This document shows, in pieces, positions 9,177 to 20,908 of a stretch of DNA of 53,068 nt (positions are counted from its first letter, which is position 1; every line of letters begins with the position of its first letter). A program made the translations under genes and the position numbers. The notes beneath the pieces were generated by a model. That model was not told the origin of the DNA, did not search any database, and saw nothing but the letters and a program-made list of their open reading frames with translations. Origin of the DNA: Myxococcota bacterium (GTDB lineage: Bacteria; Myxococcota; XYA12-FULL-58-9; JALHOP01); NCBI GenBank assembly GCA_041288095.1, contig JBGGMJ010000192.1, positions 1 through 53,068 of the forward strand, written 5' to 3'.

Positions 9177-10106
9177 TCACTCCTTGGGCGGCAAGGGGTC
9201 CAGATGCTCCCGGAAGAAGCTCACGGGGTCGGCTGGCGGGGTAGCGATGCGGAACTCGGGAATGGCCGCCGGCGCCGTGATCTTCGCGACCTTACCCGCG
9301 TTTTTCACCGCACCCTCGTAGGTCAGGGTCATCTCGGTGACGCGGCCGTCCTTCTCCTCGACGGCGAGGCGGCCGCTCAGTGACAGCTTTAGCGGAGTGC
9401 CCGTGGCCTTGTCGATGAATAGACTCCCGGAGAGCTCGCGAGCCTTGGCCCGCTCGCGCCAACCCGCGGGCGCGGTCACCGCGAGCGTCGTCGGCGGCAA
9501 GCTGTCGACCTTGGGTTTGTTGTCGGGCTCGCTGGGCGTGAGGCTGAGGTCGAAGCGCACCGCCTCACGATCGCCCACGCGCGCCGCCCGGCCCGCCGAG
9601 AAGCGCAGTGACGGACGGAATGGCTCCATCGCTTGCGCCAAGCTCGACCAGGCGATGTCGCTCCAGCCCGGCGCTTGGAAGTCGTGGTTGTCGGCGACGC
9701 GCATCTGGCCCTTGTCCTGGCGGATGTACGTCTTGCGGTCGACGATGCTGACCTCGATCTGGTTCCCTGGTGTGTCGAGACGCACGTAGAGGTTGTCGTC
9801 CGCGTCCTGGCGGACCAGGTAGGCGTCGGCTTGCTCGCTGTCGCGGGTGCCCGAGGTCAGCTTGATCACGGAGGACGCTTCGAGCTCGAGCGAGCCCAGA
9901 CGGGCCGCGGCTTCGCCGAACCCCATGTAGAGGCAGCGGCGTTGCACCTTGGCCGACTTCTCGAAATCGTCGACGTCGATCGGGGAGGTGTCGAAAGTGA
10001 CCGGTTTGTGCGGCGCGATGGCGGCGGAGCCCGTGTCACCTTTGCAGGCTGAAAGGGCGAGAAGTCCCGCCAAGGCCCATCCAACGGCCAATATTCCGCG
10101 ATTCAT
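9177..10106 (-). CDS. Hypothetical beta-rich lipoprotein
   Basis: LALSAC lipobox; beta-strand-rich body, loosely LolA/LppX-like (unverified). Confidence 0.65.
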   Translation of the reverse strand: MNRGILAVGWALAGLLALSACKGDTGSAAIAPHKPVTFDTSPIDVDDFEKSAKVQRRCLYMGFGEAAARLGSLELEASSVIKLTSGTRDSEQADAYLVRQDADDNLYVRLDTPGNQIEVSIVDRKTYIRQDKGQMRVADNHDFQAPGWSDIAWSSLAQAMEPFRPSLRFSAGRAARVGDREAVRFDLSLTPSEPDNKPKVDSLPPTTLAVTAPAGWRERAKARELSGSLFIDKATGTPLKLSLSGRLAVEEKDGRVTEMTLTYEGAVKNAGKVAKITAPAAIPEFRIATPPADPVSFFREHLDPLPPKE

Positions 10107-10155
10107 CGCCGCTGGATATAGCGGGGCCCGAAGGCTCGCGCCACCGGTGATTCGC

Positions 10156-10184
10156 TTGCAGGGGCCTTTCCTGCATACTACCCT
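10156..10184 (+). promoter_or_regulatory. Putative sigma70-type promoter TTGCAG-N17-TACCCT
   Basis: Correct spacing just upstream of the S41 protease gene. Confidence 0.4.
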
Positions 10185-10193
10185 TAACTAGAT

Positions 10194-13100
10194 GTGCCGC
10201 GCCCTTGGAGAACGTGTTTGACGGCCGGCCAACGCACCACCCGCTTCATCGTTGCCGTCGCGGTGACGGTCGCGGTTCTGACGCTTGGCGCGGTGACCAT
10301 CACCACCCAAGGGTTTGGTGTGTTCGCGCGCGGCACCATCGAGCTCCCGGCGACCGACCTGGGCAGCGCCGCCGACTATCACGCCGACTACCCAGCGGGC
10401 ACCGAGAGCGCCGCCACCCTGGGCGGAGCTGCTCTCGACAGCGCGCCGACGCCGGTGGCGACACCGAGCTATGATCTCTCCGCGCACCAGACATTGAGCC
10501 GCGTCATCATTCTCCTCAAGGAGAACTACGTCGAGCCCGAGCGCATCAAGCCGTACGACATGTTCATCGCGGCGCTCGACTACATCCAGAAGACCATCCC
10601 CGAGGTCATCGTCGACGACAGTGAAGCGCCCCGCCGCATCAAGGTGGCGGTGATGAACAACGAGCACGTCTTCGATCTCGAACGGCTCGGCGGCCTCGAT
10701 CAGCTCTGGGAAGTCACCTTGGCGCTGCGCGACATCTTCCGCTTCATCCAGACGTACATCACCGACCCCGAGCAGCGGCACGACATCGAATACGCCGCCA
10801 TCAACGGCATGCTCTCGACGCTCGACCCGCACAGCGTCCTCCTGAAGCCCGAGAGCTTCAACGAGATGCGCTTATCGACGCGCGGCGAGTTCGGCGGCTT
10901 GGGGATCGTCATCTCCATCCGCGATGGCGGACTCACAGTGGTGTCCCCAATCGAAGACACGCCGGCCGCGCGCGCCGGCATCAAGGCGCAAGACCAGATC
11001 GTCAAGATCGGCGAAGAGTCGACCGTCAACATGGGCCTCGAGGAAGCGGTCGAGCGCCTGCGCGGCAAGCCCGGCTCGAAGATCAACATCTGGGTGAAGC
11101 GCAAGAAGTGGACGGAGCCCAAGCGCTTCGTGCTTACCCGTGCCGTCATCAAGATCCAGAGTGTCGCCTCGCGGCTGCTCGATCGCGGTGTCGGCTACGT
11201 GCGCATCAAGAACTTCCAGGCCAACACCTTCGATGATCTCCACGCGCACCTCGAAGGGCTGCGCAAGAAGAACAAGGGTGAGCTCAAGGGCTTGGTGCTC
11301 GACCTACGCAACAACCCTGGTGGTCTCCTCGACCAAGCGATCTTGGTCAGCGACCGCTTCATCGATCGCGGGCCGCTGGTCATCACGGTGGGTGAGGGCA
11401 ATCGTAAGCGCGACGTGAAGTCGGCGCATGCCCAAGGCACCGAACCGCCGTATCCCATGGCGGTGCTCGTCAACAGCGGTAGCGCCTCGGCGAGCGAGAT
11501 CGTCGCGGGCGCGCTGAAGAACCACGACCGCGCCGTCATCGTCGGTCAGCAGACCTTCGGTAAGGGCTCGGTGCAGGTCCTCTACGACTTCAAGGACAAG
11601 TCGGCGCTCAAGCTCACCATCGCGCAGTATCTGACCCCGGGTGACGTCTCGATTCAGGGCCTCGGCATCTCGCCCGACGTCGCCGTGCAGCAGGCCTCGA
11701 TCGAGGGTCACGACGTGCACGTGTTCGTGAGCGACGACGCGACGCGCGAGAAAGATCTCGAGCATCACCTCGAGGTGCCGCAGGTCGTCCGCGAAAGCGA
11801 AGACTTGGTGGTCGAGGGCGCCAAGAGCGCCACCGCTTCGCAGCCGTCGGTCACCATCGTGCATCTTGCCGAGGCCGCCGCCAACGAGGGTGAGCCCAAG
11901 ACCCAGGGCGACGACGAGCAGGAAGGGCCCAACGAGTTCGTCTACGACTTCGAGACGCAGCTGGCCCACGATTTGGTCGCCAACGCGAAGAGCTCCGACC
12001 GCAAGAAGATCATCGCCGAGAGCCGCACCGTCTTCTTGGGCCGCGCCGACGAGCAGGAGCAAAAGGTCGCCAAGCGGCTCGAGGGCCTCGGCGTCGATTG
12101 GGCCGCGGCCAAGGACGCCGAGAAAGGCGGGCGCGCCGAAGCGACCGTCGATCTGGCTATGACTCCACAAACGACGACCCGGCCGCTGACCGCCGGCGAC
12201 ACCGTCACTTTCACCGCGACTGTACGCAATACCGGATCGTCGCCGCTCTATCGGGTTTACGGCATCACCCAGTCGGAGAATCCGCTCTTCAAGAACCTCG
12301 AGTTCGCTTTCGGTCGCTTGGCGCCCGGTGCTTCGAAGAGCTGGACCACCGAGGTCAAGTTGCCGCGCGAGATGTCGGCCCGCGCCGACGACATGACCAT
12401 CAGCATCGGCGATCAGCAGCGTCGCCTCGACGCGGTGAAAACCGGGCTCGTCGTGTCCATCGAGGAGCAGAAGAAGCCGCGCTTCGCCTACAGCATGTGG
12501 CTCGATGACCGCAGCGGCGGCAACGGCGACGGCGTCTTGCAGGTCGGCGAGAAGGTGAACCTCATCGTCGACGTGAAGAACATCGGCACCGGCCAGTCCG
12601 ACGAAGCGGTGGTCAGCCTCAAGAACCTCTCCGGTGACGCGCTCTTTCTCGAGCGCGGCCGTGACAAGGTCGAGGCCCTCAAGCCGGGCAAGAACAAGTC
12701 AGTCGAGCTCAAGTTCTCGCTGCGCGTCGACCCCAACTCGCGCGACGGCAAGCGACCCGATTTGCGCGCCCATCCAGAGGACGGCGCACGCGACGAAGAT
12801 GGTAACGTCGACGAGGCCCCCAAGGCCGGCGACGCCATCGATCTGAAGGTCTCGGTTTGGGATTCGACGTACGGCGAGACGGTCTCCGAGCATCTGCACG
12901 TCCCGGTGCGCGAGCCGCGCAAGGCGCGCGCCGAGAATCGCCCACTCCTGCTCGCCGGCAACGACGAAGTGCCGATCTTCGCCGGCGCGGATGCGACGAT
13001 GCCGGTGGTCGCTTACGCCAAGAGCGGCGCGGCGATGCGCAGTGATGCGAGCTTCGACGGTTGGTATCGCGTCGAGGTGGGCAACGGCGCACCCGGCTAT

Positions 13101-13514
13101 ATCCGCGATAGCGATATCAAGCTCGGCGCCAAGGCCGCTTCGGCCCGCAAAGCCACGGTGCGCACCATCATGGCGCATTCGGTGCCGTCCATCGAGCTCG
13201 ACGTCCAAGCCCTGGTGACGCCGCAGCCTTCGATGCGTCTGTCGGGCTTCGTGCGCGACGAACAAGCGCTCAAGGACGTCTTCGTGTTCGTCAACGACAA
13301 GAAAGTCTTCTATGGCGGACTGAAAGAGATGCAGGCCGACAAAGGCGTCTACCGCGCCCCGTTCGATGTCACCGTGTCGCTCAGGACCGGCTCCAACACC
13401 GTCGCGGTGGTGGCGCGTGAGAGCAATGATCTGGTGACGCGCAAGATCTTCGGCGTCTATCGCTCCGATCCCGCGCTTGCCTCGGTCCGTGAGCCCAGTA
13501 CCTCGAAGCGCTGA
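10194..13514 (+). CDS. S41 carboxyl-terminal processing protease with PDZ and C-terminal Ig-like/SH3-like extension (MXAN_5808-like)
   Basis: LDPHS, GEFGGLGI (PDZ), LDLRNNPGGLL, SASASEIVAG, TFGKGSVQ; long C-terminal extension. Confidence 0.9.
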   Translation: MPRPWRTCLTAGQRTTRFIVAVAVTVAVLTLGAVTITTQGFGVFARGTIELPATDLGSAADYHADYPAGTESAATLGGAALDSAPTPVATPSYDLSAHQTLSRVIILLKENYVEPERIKPYDMFIAALDYIQKTIPEVIVDDSEAPRRIKVAVMNNEHVFDLERLGGLDQLWEVTLALRDIFRFIQTYITDPEQRHDIEYAAINGMLSTLDPHSVLLKPESFNEMRLSTRGEFGGLGIVISIRDGGLTVVSPIEDTPAARAGIKAQDQIVKIGEESTVNMGLEEAVERLRGKPGSKINIWVKRKKWTEPKRFVLTRAVIKIQSVASRLLDRGVGYVRIKNFQANTFDDLHAHLEGLRKKNKGELKGLVLDLRNNPGGLLDQAILVSDRFIDRGPLVITVGEGNRKRDVKSAHAQGTEPPYPMAVLVNSGSASASEIVAGALKNHDRAVIVGQQTFGKGSVQVLYDFKDKSALKLTIAQYLTPGDVSIQGLGISPDVAVQQASIEGHDVHVFVSDDATREKDLEHHLEVPQVVRESEDLVVEGAKSATASQPSVTIVHLAEAAANEGEPKTQGDDEQEGPNEFVYDFETQLAHDLVANAKSSDRKKIIAESRTVFLGRADEQEQKVAKRLEGLGVDWAAAKDAEKGGRAEATVDLAMTPQTTTRPLTAGDTVTFTATVRNTGSSPLYRVYGITQSENPLFKNLEFAFGRLAPGASKSWTTEVKLPREMSARADDMTISIGDQQRRLDAVKTGLVVSIEEQKKPRFAYSMWLDDRSGGNGDGVLQVGEKVNLIVDVKNIGTGQSDEAVVSLKNLSGDALFLERGRDKVEALKPGKNKSVELKFSLRVDPNSRDGKRPDLRAHPEDGARDEDGNVDEAPKAGDAIDLKVSVWDSTYGETVSEHLHVPVREPRKARAENRPLLLAGNDEVPIFAGADATMPVVAYAKSGAAMRSDASFDGWYRVEVGNGAPGYIRDSDIKLGAKAASARKATVRTIMAHSVPSIELDVQALVTPQPSMRLSGFVRDEQALKDVFVFVNDKKVFYGGLKEMQADKGVYRAPFDVTVSLRTGSNTVAVVARESNDLVTRKIFGVYRSDPALASVREPSTSKR

Positions 13515-13536
13515 GACCAAAGAGGACGCCCGCTAC

Positions 13537-14568
13537 GTGAAAGGTTTCGTTCTCGCCGCTGGCTTCGGCACGCGCTTGGCTCCGTTGACCCAGACGGTGC
13601 CTAAGCCGCTGTTCCCGGTTGGCCACGTCCCGCTGATTGGCTACGCCCTGCGTTTGCTCGCGCATCACGGCATCACCGACGTGATCGTGAACCTCCATCA
13701 CCTGGGTAAACAGCTCCGCGACGCGGTGGGGGACGGCTCGGCGTACGGCGTCTCGGTGACCTACAGCGAGGAGCCGGAGATCCTGGGCACGGGCGGGGCC
13801 TTAAAGAAGATGCACCACGCGCTCGACGACACCTTCGTGGTCGTGAACAGCGACACCATCCTCGACGTCGATCTGCACGCGGTCATCGCCGCGCACCGCG
13901 GCCGCAAGGCGCTCGCCACGATGATCCTGCGCCGCGATCCCGACCAGGGAAGCTACGGACAGATCGAGATCGACCACGACGGCCGGGTCCGGCGCATCTT
14001 GGGCCATATGAGTCCGACCGACGAGAAGAGGGCCAAGGAAGTCGAAGCGCAAATCACTCCGTACATGTTCACCGGCGTGCACGTGCTCGAGCCCGGGCTG
14101 CTCGAGTACCTGCCCGAAGGTGTCGAGACCTGCGTCATGCGCTACGGCTACATGAAAGCGATGAACAACGACGAGCTGATCCAAGGAGTCGTCACCAACG
14201 ACTACTGGGTCGACGCCGGCACTCCGAAACGTTACTTCGACGCTAACCTCGACGTGCTGACCGGCAAAGCGCGGGTCCGTTATGCCGGCAGCCTCCCGCC
14301 CGAGCGCGAACCGGGCGTGTGGGTGGCGCCGACCGCCGAGATCGCCGCCGGCGCGAAGCTGCAAGCACCCCTCATGGTCGGCGACGGCGCACGCATCGCC
14401 GATGGCGCGCAGATTGGACCGAACACCGTGCTCGCCGCCGGCGCGTGTGTGAGCCGCGACGTCGTAGTCGAGAACAGCATCGTCCTGGACGACGCGCGCG
14501 CCGACGAGCAAGCGATTGGCGTCATCGTCGGGAAGAAGGCTCGCGTCGAAGTGGCGAAGGACGCTTGA
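13537..14568 (+). CDS. NDP-sugar synthase / nucleotidyltransferase (mannose-1-phosphate guanylyltransferase-like)
   Basis: LAAGFGTRLAPLT..PKPL, EPEILGTGG, YWVDAGT; C-terminal hexapeptide repeats; GTG start after AGAGG. Confidence 0.85.
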   Translation: MKGFVLAAGFGTRLAPLTQTVPKPLFPVGHVPLIGYALRLLAHHGITDVIVNLHHLGKQLRDAVGDGSAYGVSVTYSEEPEILGTGGALKKMHHALDDTFVVVNSDTILDVDLHAVIAAHRGRKALATMILRRDPDQGSYGQIEIDHDGRVRRILGHMSPTDEKRAKEVEAQITPYMFTGVHVLEPGLLEYLPEGVETCVMRYGYMKAMNNDELIQGVVTNDYWVDAGTPKRYFDANLDVLTGKARVRYAGSLPPEREPGVWVAPTAEIAAGAKLQAPLMVGDGARIADGAQIGPNTVLAAGACVSRDVVVENSIVLDDARADEQAIGVIVGKKARVEVAKDA

Positions 14569-14575
14569 GCTCTCT

Positions 14576-14681
14576 CGCGTAGGCTGTGAGGTGGGAGAAC
14601 CTCACAGCCAGCACGCAAGGAGAAGAACGATCAAACAGCCGTATCCTATTGCCGTCACGTGGTGGTCGCCACGTGACGGCT
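14576..14681 (-). ncRNA. Putative sigma54-dependent small RNA (~100 nt)
   Basis: Begins ~12 nt after a near-consensus -24/-12 promoter. 12-bp stem at 14651-14680, CU-rich linker UUCUUCUCCUU, 11-bp stem at 14582-14609 with a UCUCCC loop. Confidence 0.6.
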
Positions 14682-14691
14682 GTTCTAATTG

Positions 14692-14707
14692 AGCAAGCGA
14701 TGTGCCA
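14692..14707 (-). promoter_or_regulatory. sigma54 promoter TGGCACA-TCGC-TTGCT
   Basis: Matches TGGCACR-N4-TTGCW with exact GG-N10-GC spacing. Confidence 0.75.
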
Positions 14708-14912
14708 CGGGTGGACCATCAGTCAGCCCCTCTCGAGCACGACGGAGGCGGCCGTTATGCCGATGGATTTTTCAGGCCGCCCCCCTGCCTACACGACCCT
14801 ACCTGCAAGAGAGGGTCGGCGAATCAGGACTTCTATGTCGTGGGGGTGACCGTAGGTGCCGCAATGCGCTGCGCCAACCGCGACGCGATGTCAGCGTGTA
14901 CGGAAGCGAGTG

Positions 14913-15365
14913 ATGACCAGCAGTAACAGTAGTAGTGGTCGCGAACGCCGAAGGGCGGAACGTCACCCAGTCATTCTCGACATCACCATGAACCTCGGAG
15001 GAGCCGCACCGGCACTCAGCGGGCGGTCGGTGGACGTGTCGCGCAGCGGCATTTTCATCATGACCGACGCGAGTATTGCCGCCGGGCGCCGGGTCGATCT
15101 CGTGATCAAAGGCGAGCCCAACGAGCCGCCCGTGCTCACCAGCGGCACCGTCGTGCACGTGGTGCACTCGATCGGCGTGGGTATCCGCTTTAGCACTCAG
15201 ACGGCGATGACCCGCCAGCGCATCGAGCACCTCATCGAAAACTTCTACGAGCGCAAGGCCGACCGCGAGGACCAGACCGATCAGACCGAGCCGTCGGTCC
15301 GCACGATGGTCGAGCTTAGCCGTGGATCGGAAAAATCAGGTCGCGAACCGATACGAAAACGATGA
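14913..15365 (+). CDS. PilZ domain protein
   Basis: ERRRAER, DVSRSG, GTVVH, GVGIRF. Confidence 0.8.
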   Translation: MTSSNSSSGRERRRAERHPVILDITMNLGGAAPALSGRSVDVSRSGIFIMTDASIAAGRRVDLVIKGEPNEPPVLTSGTVVHVVHSIGVGIRFSTQTAMTRQRIEHLIENFYERKADREDQTDQTEPSVRTMVELSRGSEKSGREPIRKR

Positions 15366-16350
15366 GCGCGAGGATCAGCACGAAGCCGACGGTGTGAACC
15401 ATCGCTTCGATGCGCTCGTTGACCGGGCGACCACGCAGCGCTTCGGCGATCAGGAACACGAGCCTACCGCCGTCGAGCGTCGGGAAGGGGAAGACGTTGA
15501 AGATGCACAAGCCGAGCGAGACCGCGGCGAGGATGAGCATGAACTGTTCGAAGCCACGACTCGCGGCGCCTGACATGATGCGCACCATGCCAGGTAGCCC
15601 CGAGAGCGTGGCGTCGTTGGTGCGCATGATGAGACCGGCGATGAGGCGCACCTGATCGACGGTGCGGCGCCAGGTCTCCTTGACCGCGAAAGCGATGCCG
15701 CCGCCGATGCTCTCGCGCTCACGGACGGTGCTCTGCTGTACACCGAGCATGCCGTGGCCTTTGCCGTCGTTCTTGGGCGTCACCTCGAGCACGAAACGCT
15801 GGCCCTCGCGCTCGACTTCCACGGGCACCGCTTGATCGGGGTGCGCGCGCACCGAGCGGACGACATCGGCCCAGTTGGTGGGGACGTCGCCGGCGAACTT
15901 GAGGATGGTGTCGCCCGGTTGCAGCCCCGCGTCTTGCGCGGCGCTACCGTCGACGACGACACCCAAGCGCGGCGCGTCGTCGGGTCGCTCGTAGCCGACG
16001 CTCATGACGAGCACGCCGATCAGAAAGGCGGCGATCACCCAGTTCATCACCGGGCCCGCGGCGATGACGGCCGCGCGCATCCAGATGGGGCGATTGCGGT
16101 AGTTACGCGCGTCGTTCTCGTAGACGTCGGTCTCTTTCGGCCCCATGCCGTCGACCTGCACGAAGCCGCCGAGCGGAATCGCGGCCAGCTGCCACTGGGT
16201 CTCGCCGAACGTGCGCTTGGCGATCACGGGGCCGAAGCCCAACGAGAACTTCAGGACCCGCATGTTGCACCACTTGGCGACCAAGTAGTGGCCGAGCTCG
16301 TGCAGGATGATGAGCACCGAAATGCCGAGGATGCTGGTAGCGACGGACAT
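15316..16350 (-). CDS. rseP: RIP zinc metalloprotease (M50) with PDZ domain
   Basis: HELGH, FSLGFGP, IPLGGFV, AGPVMN, FNVFPFPTLDGGR. Confidence 0.9.
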   Translation of the reverse strand: MSVATSILGISVLIILHELGHYLVAKWCNMRVLKFSLGFGPVIAKRTFGETQWQLAAIPLGGFVQVDGMGPKETDVYENDARNYRNRPIWMRAAVIAAGPVMNWVIAAFLIGVLVMSVGYERPDDAPRLGVVVDGSAAQDAGLQPGDTILKFAGDVPTNWADVVRSVRAHPDQAVPVEVEREGQRFVLEVTPKNDGKGHGMLGVQQSTVRERESIGGGIAFAVKETWRRTVDQVRLIAGLIMRTNDATLSGLPGMVRIMSGAASRGFEQFMLILAAVSLGLCIFNVFPFPTLDGGRLVFLIAEALRGRPVNERIEAMVHTVGFVLILALIVFVSVRDLIFPIHG

Positions 16351-16399
16351 TGGGCGCGTCTGTAGCGCAAAGGGCGGCGGATGCGAAGGCCGCGACGGC

Positions 16400-17686
16400 C
16401 TAGAACCGCTCGATCTCGAGCTCGTCGGGTTTGGCGGCCGGACGCTGGCCGGTGGCTGGTGCTGCTTGTTGCGGCTGCGGACCGGTGGTGCGTCGTGGCG
16501 GCCCGGGCGGCTGCGGTTGCGCGGCCGCGGGTCTGGCGGGCGCTCCTGGTTTCCGCGATGGCGCACCGGTGCCGGCGGAGGGGCCTTCGAAGCCGTCCCA
16601 GCTGCTGTCGCTGGTGCCGCTGATACCCGAGACGCGCAGGGCGAAGTCGTCGGGGTTCGAGGACTGCCGCAGCGCCTCTTGGTAGGTGATGGTGCCGGCT
16701 TGCAGATGCGCCATGAGCGACTGATCGAACGACTGCATGCCGTAGGTGATGTGGCCGCCGGCGATGGCCTCGGGGATTTCCTTGGTGTGGTCCTCTTGCT
16801 CGATCAGCTCGCGCACGCGGGCGGTGGCGCGCAGGACCTCCATGGCGGCGATGCGTCCGCGGCCGTCGGCGCGCGGGACCAAGCGTTGGCTGATGACGGC
16901 GCGCAGCGTGGACGCGAGCTGCATGCGGATCTGCTTCTGTTGATGCGGCGGAAAGACGCTGACGATGCGGGTGATCGACTCGGTGGCGTCGACGGTGTGC
17001 AGCGTCGACATGACCAAGTGGCCGGTCTCGGCGGCGGTGAGCGCGATTTCGATGGTCTCGATGTCGCGCATTTCGCCGACCAGGATGACGTCGGGGTCCT
17101 GGCGTAACGAGCTGCGCAGCGCCGACGCGAAGCTCGGCGTGTCGACGCCGACCTCGCGCTGATTGACGATCGAGCGCTTGTCGCGAATCAGGAACTCGAT
17201 CGGATCCTCGATGGTGAGCAGATGCGCGGTGCGGTTGGTGTTGATGTGATCGATCATCGCCGCGAGCGTCGTCGACTTACCGGAGCCGGTGGCGCCGGTG
17301 ACGAGCACCAGGCCGCGCTGTTCGAGCGAGATCGACTCGATGACCTTGGGCAGCCCGAGCTGCGCCAGCGTTTGGATCTGCAGCGGGATGACGCGGAAGA
17401 CGGCGCCGAGACTGCCGCGTTGCTGGAAGACGTTGACGCGGAAGCGGCCGAGGCCCGGCACGCCGTGCGCCATGTCGAGCTCGTTCTGGACGCGAAAGCG
17501 CTCCTTCTGGAAGTTCGTCATGATGCTGAACACCAGACGCTGCACTTCTTCCGGCGTGAGGCGTTGCGCGTCCTTGAGCGGGACCAAGGCGCCGTCGATG
17601 CGGAACATCGGCGGCAGACCGGCTTTCATGTGGATGTCGGAGGCGTTGCCTTTGTGGGCGATAGCGAGGATGTCGTTCAGCTCCAT
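16400..17686 (-). CDS. pilT: Type IV pilus retraction ATPase, PilT/PilU family
   Basis: ASDIH, GATGSGKSTT, TIEDPIE, LRQDPDVILVGEMRD, AETGHLVMSTLHT, GMQSFDQ. Confidence 0.9.
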   Translation of the reverse strand: MELNDILAIAHKGNASDIHMKAGLPPMFRIDGALVPLKDAQRLTPEEVQRLVFSIMTNFQKERFRVQNELDMAHGVPGLGRFRVNVFQQRGSLGAVFRVIPLQIQTLAQLGLPKVIESISLEQRGLVLVTGATGSGKSTTLAAMIDHINTNRTAHLLTIEDPIEFLIRDKRSIVNQREVGVDTPSFASALRSSLRQDPDVILVGEMRDIETIEIALTAAETGHLVMSTLHTVDATESITRIVSVFPPHQQKQIRMQLASTLRAVISQRLVPRADGRGRIAAMEVLRATARVRELIEQEDHTKEIPEAIAGGHITYGMQSFDQSLMAHLQAGTITYQEALRQSSNPDDFALRVSGISGTSDSSWDGFEGPSAGTGAPSRKPGAPARPAAAQPQPPGPPRRTTGPQPQQAAPATGQRPAAKPDELEIERF

Positions 17687-17952
17687 CGACTAGCAGTGTA
17701 CGCAGCTTTCGCCCCCTGCGATGGAAAATACGTCGCCATGTCGTGGGTGTAGCTGGCAAAAGCTCGCCAAAAACCTACAAGCTGGTGAAAATGGCGGTTT
17801 TTCCAGGGGTTGCAACGCCGCGACTGCTCTACGCTAGCGCCTGAGGGCGTCGCATGCGACACTGAGCGCAACGCTTTTTCCCCCCCTTTTGTGCGCCTCG
17901 CGAGGTGAAGTCAGGACTCATGTCGACGGTTGGCTCGGGACGCGATAGCCGC

Positions 17953-20430
<2,478 letters not shown>

Positions 20431-20432
20431 CA

Positions 20433-20448
20433 CGGCACGCGCCATGCA
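20433..20448 (+). promoter_or_regulatory. Putative sigma54 promoter CGGCACG-CGCC-ATGCA
   Basis: GG-N10-GC spacing with two deviations from consensus, about 30 nt upstream of ATG 20477. Confidence 0.5.
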
Positions 20449-20476
20449 CCATTGGTTCCCCAAGGGGGAATATCCA

Positions 20477-20857
20477 ATGGCTAGGACCAAAACTACCTCA
20501 CGTCGCCGTCGCACGTCGGGGCGTAAGTCCACACGTACCGCGCGGCGAACCACCGGTTCATCGCGCGCGCGTCGCTCAGCGACCCGTGGCGGTCGCAAGA
20601 GCCGCGCCCGTCGTTACAGCGAAGGAGCGTCGCGGAAGATTGGCAAGGTGATGCACGAGCTCAAGGAAGGTACCTTGCGCTCGGGTGGCAGCGGCAAGAA
20701 AGTCCGCAATCGCAGACAGGCGGTTGCCATCGGCATCTCCGAGGCGCGCCGCGCCGGTAAGAAGGTGCCGAAGCGCCGCAGTGCCGCGAGCAGCCGCGGT
20801 GCAAGCAGCAGGACCGGGGCGAGCAGTCGCGCCCGCCGTAGCACCAGCAAGCGCTGA
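20477..20857 (+). CDS. Highly basic DUF6496-type protein with Arg/Ser/Thr-rich tails
   Basis: Core KIGKVMHELKEGTLRSG..KKV.NRRQAVAIGISEAR recognised as DUF6496-like; GGGGGA RBS. Confidence 0.8.
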   Translation: MARTKTTSRRRRTSGRKSTRTARRTTGSSRARRSATRGGRKSRARRYSEGASRKIGKVMHELKEGTLRSGGSGKKVRNRRQAVAIGISEARRAGKKVPKRRSAASSRGASSRTGASSRARRSTSKR

Positions 20858-20908
20858 GTTTTGGCGCAGCCAGCCCGCGGTCCGAGATCGCGGGCTGGTC
20901 GTCGGTCG

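Noticed and set aside
14612..14632. sigma54 sRNA seed pairing with the rsfS RBS (AGGAGAACG)
   Set aside because: Only generic anti-SD complementarity with a bulge; not specific enough without computation.
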